Shown here: one piece after another, positions 55,125 through 63,080 of the stretch
How the letters are laid out: every line of letters begins with the position of its first letter
Position numbering within the stretch: the stretch's first letter is position 1
NCBI GenBank assembly: GCA_035279705.1
Contig: DATEHG010000095.1
Span: 1-63,080 of the forward strand
DNA: 63,080 bases
From: Gemmatimonadales bacterium
GTDB taxonomy: Bacteria; Gemmatimonadota; Gemmatimonadetes; Gemmatimonadales; GWC2-71-9
Reading direction: 5' to 3'
Notes under the pieces: generated by a model
The model's input: only the letters and a program-made list of their open reading frames with translations
What the model was told of the DNA's origin: nothing
Databases searched by the model: none
Made by a program: the position numbers and the translations under genes

Positions 55125-55675
55125 TTGCGCTCCAGCGAGGCCAGGTAATCGGTCACCAGCTTGCGGTCCGCCTCACTGTCGAGCCGGGTCCCCACCAGCT
55201 TGGTCGCGGCGGCAAGGGAAAGATCCACTGCCTCGCGGCGCAGCTCGATCAGCGCCTTGTCCTTCTCGGCGGCGATGTCCCTCCGGGCCCGGGCCAGCAG
55301 GTCCTCCTGCTCGTTCCGGGTCCGCTCCAGCGCGGCCGCCCGCTCCTTCTCGGTGGCCACCTTGGCCTCGGCCAGCAGCGTCTGGGCCTGCGCCCGGGCG
55401 TCGGCCAGCAGCCGCTTGTTTTCCTCGAGCAGCGCCTGGGCATCGCGGTTGGCCTTGTCGGCCTCCTCCAGCTGCCGCGCGATGGTCCGCTCCCGCTCCT
55501 CGGTGGCCTTCAGGATCGCCGGCCAGGCATATCTCTTCAGCGTGAAGAAGAGCGCCCCGAAGACAATCACGGTCCAGAACATCAGGCCGAAGTTCACCTC
55601 GAAGGGTGACGCCGGCCCGGCGTGCTCGCCGCCCTCCTGGGCCAATGCCAGCAGCGTGAGCATCATGATCCGCAT
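55121..55675 (-). CDS. atpF: F0F1 ATP synthase subunit b
   Basis: FWTVIVF...YAWPAIL...ERE followed by a long coiled coil. Confidence 0.95.
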   Translation of the reverse strand: MRIMMLTLLALAQEGGEHAGPASPFEVNFGLMFWTVIVFGALFFTLKRYAWPAILKATEERERTIARQLEEADKANRDAQALLEENKRLLADARAQAQTLLAEAKVATEKERAAALERTRNEQEDLLARARRDIAAEKDKALIELRREAVDLSLAAATKLVGTRLDSEADRKLVTDYLASLERN

Positions 55676-55678
55676 GTC

Positions 55679-55948
55679 CTACTTGATCAGCTTGTACAGC
55701 AGGGCAAAGACGAGCGCGATGATCGTGACGCCTTCGAGCAGCACGGCGATCAGCAGGCCCGCGCCGCGGATTTCGCCGGCGGCTTCCGGCTGCCGGGCGA
55801 TCGACTCGGCCATCGAGCCGCCGATCCGGCCCAGGCCGATGCCGGCGCCGATCAGCGCGAGGCCCATGCCGATACCGGCACCGAGGGTACCGTAGTTGGG
55901 GGCCACCGCGGCGGCCGCGTCCTGCACCAGGGCGAGCATGTTCAGCAT
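55679..55948 (-). CDS. atpE: F0F1 ATP synthase subunit c
   Basis: GAGIGLG, ARQPE and conserved carboxylate (LLEGV). GGAG RBS before the ATG at 55948. Confidence 0.95.
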   Translation of the reverse strand: MLNMLALVQDAAAAVAPNYGTLGAGIGMGLALIGAGIGLGRIGGSMAESIARQPEAAGEIRGAGLLIAVLLEGVTIIALVFALLYKLIK

Positions 55949-56188
55949 GTAAGGCTCCATTCAGCGTTCGGAAGATTCTGGTCGGTCGCGTCCGCCGGCC
56001 GGTCCGCCGAGTCTTCCGGCTCGGCGCCGTATCCGTGGCCCGTCATCGGTCCGGAGACCAACGGGCTTGGCCCGCCATCCGGCGGGGTACTCACCGGATC
56101 GAGCGGACGCTCAGAATCCGGCTGAAACCTTCTCGTCGATTCAGGGGACAGGCTCGAGAATTCTGCCCGCCTGCCCGCCTGCCCGCCT

Positions 56189-57049
56189 CTAGTGCTCGTG
56201 CTGCATCAACCCGATGAACACCGCGCTGAGCAGCGCGAAGACATAGGCCTGCAGGAAGGCCACGATCAGCTCCAGCATCATGATGCCCAGGACCAGAAGC
56301 GCCGTCGAAATGCCGATCGCCCAGTTCCAGCCCTGCAGGTCGCCGAACAGGAAGATGATGCCGTACAGCGCCAGGATGGCGAAGTGGCCGGCCGTCATGT
56401 TGCCGAAGAGACGGACCGCCAGGGCGAACGGCTTCACCAGCTTGGAGATGATTTCGATCGGCGCCATGGCGATGGACATCACCGTCCCGCCGGCGCCCTC
56501 GATGCCCGGGATGTGCGGAAAGATCGTCCCCAGGTATCCCTTGGCGCCCAGCTTCCGCGCCCCGCCGATTTCGACCGTGAAGAAAACGATCAGCGCCAGC
56601 GTCGCGGTGACAGCGAGGTTGCCGGTGACCGACGCTCCCCACGGCACGAGGCCGAGCAGGTTGGCGTACAGGATGAAGAAGAACAGCGTCATGATCAGCG
56701 GCGCGAACCTGGCGCCGTCGTGGCCGATGCTGGCGATGCAGATCTCGTCCCGCACGTACAGGACCAGCCCCTCCATCGCGGCGCCGAACCCCTTCGGCGC
56801 CTGCTGGCCGGCCCGCTGCCGTTCCAGCGACCGCCCCGCCAGCCACATGGACAGGAACACGAGTCCCGCCGTCAGGAGCATGAACACGACATGCTTCGTC
56901 GGGGAGAGATTGACCGAGATCGGCCCCAGGTGCGTGTCGGGCCAGCGCGGCAGGTGCCACTCGAAGCCGAATGGCAGCTCCACGGTCCAGGCATCGGCCG
57001 TGTGATGCATCAGCATTCCCGAGATGTCGGGCCCCTGGAGCAGCATCAT
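56189..57049 (-). CDS. atpB: F0F1 ATP synthase subunit a
   Basis: NLLGLVP, KPFALAVRLFGNMTAGH and LELIVAFLQAYVF motifs. Confidence 0.96.
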   Translation of the reverse strand: MMLLQGPDISGMLMHHTADAWTVELPFGFEWHLPRWPDTHLGPISVNLSPTKHVVFMLLTAGLVFLSMWLAGRSLERQRAGQQAPKGFGAAMEGLVLYVRDEICIASIGHDGARFAPLIMTLFFFILYANLLGLVPWGASVTGNLAVTATLALIVFFTVEIGGARKLGAKGYLGTIFPHIPGIEGAGGTVMSIAMAPIEIISKLVKPFALAVRLFGNMTAGHFAILALYGIIFLFGDLQGWNWAIGISTALLVLGIMMLELIVAFLQAYVFALLSAVFIGLMQHEH

Positions 57050-57387
57050 CGGACCTGGCGAACCTCCAGAAAAAGCAGGGGGATCAGCACCCCGAGAAAG
57101 CCGAATGCCGTCGGCATCGGCGCAAACCGCGCGGGAGCCACCACGATCGCGAGCAGGATGAGGACGACTCCCGCCATCCGGAGCGCCATCCCGGTACCCA
57201 TGGCGCCGAAGAACTCGGCGTTGCTGCCCCGAAAGTGCCGCTGCAACCGCCGGGTCGCTACCACCTGGATCAGCACCGCCAGCAGACCGGCCGCCAGCCC
57301 TGCCGCCACGGCTTCCGGCCCCCAGACCAGCCAGAAGAGGCTGTTCACGGCGGCGGTCAGTGCGAGGCCGATTCCCAAGGTCCTCAC
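57046..57387 (-). CDS. AtpI-like 4-TM ATP synthase accessory protein
   Basis: Four hydrophobic helices with an LR motif in helix 3; directly upstream of atpB. Confidence 0.75.
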   Translation of the reverse strand: MRTLGIGLALTAAVNSLFWLVWGPEAVAAGLAAGLLAVLIQVVATRRLQRHFRGSNAEFFGAMGTGMALRMAGVVLILLAIVVAPARFAPMPTAFGFLGVLIPLLFLEVRQVR

Positions 57388-57647
57388 CGGCCCGGCCGGC
57401 CCTCGTCCGACTTCCGGGCCTCGCTGTCGGCCTGGAGCTTCAGATACACCCAGTAGAAGCTGAGGCCGGACCCCGCCAGCGTACCCACCACCGTCATGAC
57501 CGGCAGGATGCCCAGCCAGCGGTCCAGCAGGTATCCGCCCCCCATAAACAGCAGGATCCCGCCCGCGAAACTGATCCCCAGGGAGACATACTTGTACCCC
57601 AGGCCCAATTCCTGTCCAACCGGTTCTTCAGGGGGCTTCGGCTTCAT
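57384..57647 (-). CDS. AtpZ/AtpI family 2-TM protein
   Basis: [11 protein letters not shown] motif; first gene of the atp cluster. Confidence 0.85.
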   Translation of the reverse strand: MKPKPPEEPVGQELGLGYKYVSLGISFAGGILLFMGGGYLLDRWLGILPVMTVVGTLAGSGLSFYWVYLKLQADSEARKSDEGRPGR

Positions 57648-57670
57648 TATTCGGGCGCCAATCTACCCGC

Positions 57671-57688
57671 TTGTGAAATTTTTCGCAA
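57671..57688. promoter_or_regulatory. Rex-like operator upstream of the atp operon
   Basis: TTGTGAA-ATTT-TTCGCAA versus the Rex consensus TTGTGAA-N4-TTCACAA (1 mismatch); 23 bp upstream of the atpZ start. Confidence 0.6.
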
Positions 57689-57767
57689 GGAAACTGCCCT
57701 TTGCCCCACCCCTCGGAAACGGCTATGCTCAACCCCCGTAGGAAGCCTGTCCCGAACCCCTGAGATC

Positions 57768-58796
<1,029 letters not shown>

Positions 58797-58838
58797 ACAG
58801 GCGGGCAGGCGGGCAGGCGGACCGAACTTACAGATGCA

Positions 58839-58865
58839 CCTCATCCTGAGCGCAGCGAAGGATCT
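58839..58865. repeat. REP-like palindrome resembling CGTC-tagged REPs
   Basis: CCTCATCCTGAGCGCAGCGAAGGATCT with an ATCCT/AGGAT stem; resembles the widespread GTCATCCTGAGCGAAGCGAAGGATC motif (recalled, not searched). Confidence 0.6.
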
Positions 58866-58892
58866 CCAAGGTTGGGTGCGAAGATAGAACGA

Positions 58893-58920
58893 GGCCCGGA
58901 TCAGATCTCTGACCCGGGCC
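58893..58920. terminator. GC-rich hairpin between convergent genes (putative intrinsic terminator)
   Basis: GGCCCGGATCAGA-TC-TCTGACCCGGGCC, a 13-bp stem with 1 mismatch; U-tract weak. Confidence 0.45.
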
Positions 58921-58932
58921 TCCTTGCTTGCA

Positions 58933-58963
58933 GCTTATGGCTTAAGGCTTATGGCTTACGGCT
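58933..58963. repeat. GGCTTAY heptamer array
   Basis: GCTTATG GCTTAAG GCTTATG GCTTACG GCT. Confidence 0.8.
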
Positions 58964-58967
58964 CTCT

Positions 58968-59927
58968 TCACAGCGCCGCGATCGTCGGCACCGCTCCGCA
59001 CCCGTTGAACTGGATGCTGAAGCCGTGGCTCCGCTTGGCCGCGATCTGCCCCTCGATCGTCCCCGACCCGAAGATCGGTGAATCGACACAGCTCCCGTCG
59101 TAGGCAAGAGGGTCCGTCGAGACCAGGATCAGCGACCACGACTTGCCGTTCACGCTCGCGTTGAAGCTTCCGGCAATCGTAAAGCTGCCGGCCGGCAGTG
59201 CGGTGGCGTTGCCCGGAATCGTGGCCGTCGGGTCGAAGGCGAGCGACCACGCCTCGCTCAGCGTGGCGGAGTTGCCGCTGTTGCTCGACACGGCCACGTG
59301 CAGGTTCTGCCCCACGCTGGCGGCCTGGCTGCCCACGTCGGCCGAGTAGCTGCCGGTGAGGGTGATGGACCCGCTGGCCGACCCGTTGGTCAGGTCATAG
59401 CGCAGGGTGTTGAAGTTGACCTGGAATCCGTAGATCGTGCCCTTGTCCTGCACCCGGATCGACCCCGTGGCAATGACGGTGGTGCCCGTGCCATTCACGT
59501 ACGTGCAGTTGCCCGCCGTGAAGGTGGCCGTGGCGTCGTTGTAGATCCCGTCGTGGTCGCTGTCGGTCGTATCGGAAATGGTGGGCGTGCAGTTGTCCAG
59601 CACGCCGCCGTCCGCCTGCAGCGGCGGGTTCAGCCCCCGCCCCATCCGGGCCCCGGCCCGGAGCGCCGAAAGGAAGATCGAGCGGCCCCGCGGCGCGGCG
59701 CCGGGAGAAAGATCAGGGTCGGTCAGGGTACCGTCGTCGACCGAAAAGCTGGTCAGCGAGGCAGCGGCGCCGTCGATCAGGGTGCCCACCGTGTTACCCA
59801 CGTTGTCGGCCTCGCCCGCCGTCATCGTGTCGCTGCTGCTCGAACCGGTGCTGTCGCTGCCGCCGCAGGCGGCCAGGGCCGCGATGGCCACGATCCCGGC
59901 CAGCAGGGGAAGACGGTGTGGACGCAT
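58968..59927 (-). CDS. Hypothetical beta-rich lipoprotein (paralogue A)
   Basis: Lipobox LAAC, DSDHDG motif, several Cys, Thr/Ser/Gly-rich beta strands. Confidence 0.75.
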   Translation of the reverse strand: MRPHRLPLLAGIVAIAALAACGGSDSTGSSSSDTMTAGEADNVGNTVGTLIDGAAASLTSFSVDDGTLTDPDLSPGAAPRGRSIFLSALRAGARMGRGLNPPLQADGGVLDNCTPTISDTTDSDHDGIYNDATATFTAGNCTYVNGTGTTVIATGSIRVQDKGTIYGFQVNFNTLRYDLTNGSASGSITLTGSYSADVGSQAASVGQNLHVAVSSNSGNSATLSEAWSLAFDPTATIPGNATALPAGSFTIAGSFNASVNGKSWSLILVSTDPLAYDGSCVDSPIFGSGTIEGQIAAKRSHGFSIQFNGCGAVPTIAAL

Positions 59928-60032
59928 CGAGACCTCCGGAGAGAGGAAACGCCGAATGGCAAAAGCGATCCGGCGGCCCGGGAGGGCCGCCGGATCAAAT
60001 GTGCCGGACCGCCAGACCGCTGTAAAGCAGGC

Positions 60033-60938
60033 TCAGCTGGTCGTGGCTGGGACGAACTCCCGGGTCGGCGGCGTGCCGCACGCGGTGAAGGTCAGCTTGA
60101 GCGTGCCGCTCTTGTCACCCCAGGTGCCGGTGAAGTCGAGCTCGCCGGCCTTGATGCGCTGCCGGGTCAGGGTGCAGCTCTTGTCGTACTGCAGCAGCAC
60201 CGGCGTGGTCACGGTGAAGTTGAAGTTTTCATCTCCCCGCTGCCAGGTCTGCATCCCCTCCACATCGAACGTCCCGTCGGGCAGCCGGCGGCTCACGAAC
60301 AGCGATTCCCCTTCGGCCGCGGTGAACGTGATGGTCACCTGGCGGTCGATGGTGGCGTCCGGCTTGCCGGTGCGCTGGCGCACGATGTTCATGTCGATGG
60401 CCAGGCTGGCCGAGGCAAAGGTGCCGGCCCGCTCCCGGGTGCCGTTGCGGGTGGCCTTGAAGCTCCGGTCGCCATGGTTGTCGGTCAGCTGCCAGGCAAA
60501 GCCGGTCAGCGTCTGCTTGAGGTCGAAGGCGTTGTCGGGATTGGTGTCCTGGATCCGCATGTCCCCGGTGCGGCTCAGGGTGAAGGGACCGGCGGTGAAG
60601 CTGCAGTCGAAGGTCAGGGTCACGTCATCCGGAATCCCGTCGCCATCGGTGTCCGCCGGATCGGCGGGATTGACCGTGACACAGGCCGGCGGGCTGATGG
60701 CGTTGGGGCCCTGGATGGCCGCCGCAGGGGCAAAGCCCATCGGGTTGAACGTCTCGTCCATGGTAAACGAGCTGATATCGGCGTCCGTCTCGTCCTCGGC
60801 GGCGTAGGCCACTTCGGTCTGGGTCTGGGCCGTGGGGCCGCCGGTGGTATTCATCGGGGCCGCGTTCTCGCTGCAGGCCGAAAGCCCGAGCAGCGCCAGG
60901 CCGGCCAAGGCCAGAAGGGCCGAAGATTGCTTCTGCAT
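60033..60938 (-). CDS. Hypothetical beta-rich lipoprotein (paralogue B)
   Basis: Lipobox LSAC, DTDGDG motif; same overall layout as the downstream gene. Confidence 0.75.
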   Translation of the reverse strand: MQKQSSALLALAGLALLGLSACSENAAPMNTTGGPTAQTQTEVAYAAEDETDADISSFTMDETFNPMGFAPAAAIQGPNAISPPACVTVNPADPADTDGDGIPDDVTLTFDCSFTAGPFTLSRTGDMRIQDTNPDNAFDLKQTLTGFAWQLTDNHGDRSFKATRNGTRERAGTFASASLAIDMNIVRQRTGKPDATIDRQVTITFTAAEGESLFVSRRLPDGTFDVEGMQTWQRGDENFNFTVTTPVLLQYDKSCTLTRQRIKAGELDFTGTWGDKSGTLKLTFTACGTPPTREFVPATTS

Positions 60939-61244
60939 GGGTCGTCTCCGTCGCTATATGAATGAAGTGAAGCCTCGGCGGGCCATCGCCGAACCAGGCC
61001 CAGAGACGGGGCCGGCCACTTCACGTTAAGTGATGATAGATCGGGGAGGTGTAACGATCTGACAGTGACAGGTGTCACAGAACCTTCCGGCCAATCGGGC
61101 GGGGCCCAGGCCGTCCTTCCGGCGTCCGGAATCCGGGCGCACATTACAAATCCTCTCCCGCCGGCGCCGGGCCGGCAATTCCGGTTTGACGATGGTTTGA
61201 TTCCCGGCCTGCAGCTTCGGACCGCGCTTCACAGGAAGCCTCGG

Positions 61245-63080
61245 ATGCCGCCTCATTACTACCTCCGCTGCCTCGGGAGCCCGACCCTGGTCGGCCCCGC
61301 CGGCGAGCCCATCCAGTTCAAGACCCGCAAACACCTGGCCCTGCTTGTGTACCTCGCGCTGGAGCGCGAGCACGCACACCGGAGGGAGCGGCTGGCCGAT
61401 CTGCTCTGGCCCCGCGGGGGCGAGGCTGAAGCGCGGCATTCGGTGGCCACCGCGATCTCGATGTTCCGCAATCGCCTCGGTCCACGGGCCGTGGCCGCCG
61501 ACCGGGATCATGTGCGGCTCACGCTGGAGGGGCTGGAACTCGACCTCGAGCGACTCGAACGCGGTGAAGTGCTCGGCGATGACATCACGCCGCCGCTCGA
61601 AATCGCCAGCTTCCTCGATCAGTTCGACATCGCCGAGGCGCCCGAATTTGCGCTCTGGCGCGATCGACAGCAGGCCAGGCTGTTTCCGGCAATCCGTGAA
61701 GGGCTTCTCCTGCTCATCGACCGGTGCCGGCGGACCGGAAACTTCCGGCAGATCGAAATCCTGGCCGATCGGCTCCTCGGTATCGATCACCTGAGCGAGG
61801 ACGGGATCCGCGCCAAGATGGAAGCGCGGGCCTTCGATGGAGATCGTCTCTCGGCGCTCAAGTTCTTCGAGCAGTGGAGTGCCCGTCTCAAGGAGGAGCT
61901 CGGCGCATCGCCATCCGCCCAGGTCGAGGGCATTGCGCTTCGACTGAGGCGAAGGGGCTGGGAGCGCTCGACCGGCAACGAAATCCCCACCGTGCCTACC
62001 GATCACTGGCGAGGCCACCGCTTCGTCGGACGGGGCCGTGAGTACCGGGCGCTGTACGAAAGCTGGGAAAAGACCTGCCGCTCCGATCCCACCAATCTCC
62101 TGGTCCTGGGCGATTCGGGTGTCGGCAAGACCACGCTCACCGACCGGCTGATCACTGCCGCAGGCCTCGAGGGCGCCGCCACCATCCGGGTACAGTGCTA
62201 TGAGCTGGACCGGGAGATTCCCTATGCCACACTGGCCGGGCTGATTCGGGGACTGCTCGAGCGACCCGGAGCAACCGGCACCAGACCCGAGGCGCTCGCC
62301 AATCTCTCAGTGTGCATCCCGGAAATCCGGCAACGATTTCCCGACCTCCCGCAACCGGCGTTCGCCGACGGAGAAGGAGTCAGGGTTCAGCTGGCGGAGG
62401 GGATGCATGAGCTGCTGAGCGCAGTGCGGGAGGAAACGCCCGTCATTCTCGTCGTGGACGACCTGCATCTTGCTGACGACGTCAGTATCGCCGTGCTGCA
62501 CCAGGTGCTCAGGAGAACGGCGGCGCAGCCAGTAATGCTGGTCCTGACCGCCCGGCCGAGCGAATTGACCCGTTCTCCCAGCGCCCGCCGGATCCGCGAG
62601 AGTACGGGCGCACTGGGCATCCGGATCGTCGAAGTGCCCCCAATGACCGAAGACGAGAGCCGGGAGCTCCTGGCGGTTCTTCTCGAGAACTCGGCTTCGC
62701 TGCCGAACGCTGCCGAGCGGCACGCTCTGCTGACCGCGGCGTCAGGATACCCCATGGTTCTCGAACTCTTCGTTCGAGACTGGATGGCCAACGGGCGCAA
62801 CGCCATGGCGCTGACCCTGGGCGCCATGACGCCTGAGCCTGGCCACGCCGCCTCGCCCGAGCATCACTACAAGGCGCTCATCGACCGGATCATTCAGGAA
62901 CTTCCCGCAGACACCCGCAGCGTGCTCAATCTGGCTGCCATCCTCGGCAACCGGCTCAACGACCTGGAGATGTATCAGCTGGTGGACCTTACACTCGCAT
63001 CGACGATGACGGGAATGACGGCACTGAATGATTTGCGCTTGCTGCGAGACAACGGTAGGGAGTTGGGATTCAGGAATGAG
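61245..63080 (+). CDS. AfsR/SARP-type (wHTH-BTAD) regulator with STAND-like AAA ATPase, 3' end runs off the window
   Basis: Not in the ORF track. Read by hand: MPPHYYLRCLGSPTL...RKHLALLVYLAL...RERLADLLWP; BTAD helices (EELGASPS); FVGRGRE; Walker A LGDSGVGKT; Walker B VVDDLH. Confidence 0.88.
   Translation, partial: MPPHYYLRCLGSPTLVGPAGEPIQFKTRKHLALLVYLALEREHAHRRERLADLLWPRGGEAEARHSVATAISMFRNRLGPRAVAADRDHVRLTLEGLELDLERLERGEVLGDDITPPLEIASFLDQFDIAEAPEFALWRDRQQARLFPAIREGLLLLIDRCRRTGNFRQIEILADRLLGIDHLSEDGIRAKMEARAFDGDRLSALKFFEQWSARLKEELGASPSAQVEGIALRLRRRGWERSTGNEIPTVPTDHWRGHRFVGRGREYRALYESWEKTCRSDPTNLLVLGDSGVGKTTLTDRLITAAGLEGAATIRVQCYELDREIPYATLAGLIRGLLERPGATGTRPEALANLSVCIPEIRQRFPDLPQPAFADGEGVRVQLAEGMHELLSAVREETPVILVVDDLHLADDVSIAVLHQVLRRTAAQPVMLVLTARPSELTRSPSARRIRESTGALGIRIVEVPPMTEDESRELLAVLLENSASLPNAAERHALLTAASGYPMVLELFVRDWMANGRNAMALTLGAMTPEPGHAASPEHHYKALIDRIIQELPADTRSVLNLAAILGNRLNDLEMYQLVDLTLASTMTGMTALNDLRLLRDNGRELGFRNE

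Noticed and set aside
56035-56217. 60-aa ORF in the atpB-atpE spacer
   Set aside because: Antisense to the operon, no RBS or motif, and partly made of the octamer repeat.

Overview
High-GC bacterial chromosome segment, most likely Gemmatimonadota (inferred from gene content only). No rRNA, tRNA, CRISPR, IS or phage genes were recognised. The left ~22 kb is an accessory signalling and envelope region. It holds a TPR-like protein plus Ser/Thr kinase pair, followed by a long minus-strand run: M66-type metalloprotease lipoprotein, Ig-repeat protein, three paralogous membrane Ser/Thr kinases, HtrA, an NTT/TLC nucleotide-transporter homologue, a signal-peptide protein with an atypical kinase-like domain fused to an Omp85-type barrel, and an NTT-HEAT fusion. 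The HtrA-NTT-kinase/barrel-NTT block is the best candidate for an undescribed system, possibly extracytoplasmic phosphorylation fed by ATP export; this is inference. The middle and right parts are mostly housekeeping: ETF-QO, ETF alpha/beta, acyl-CoA dehydrogenase, a hybrid sensor kinase with a TonB receptor, IDH-family dehydrogenase, CstA/YbdD, a LeuA-like synthase, a nucleotidyltransferase, an M1 peptidase-barrel fusion, a partial atp operon (atpZ-I-B-E-F-H) with a Rex-like operator, MoxR, two paralogous lipoproteins and a truncated BTAD/STAND regulator. About 20 short 7-8-bp-period repeat arrays, often as inverted pairs, occupy the spacers from 24.8 kb onward and also enter coding sequence.
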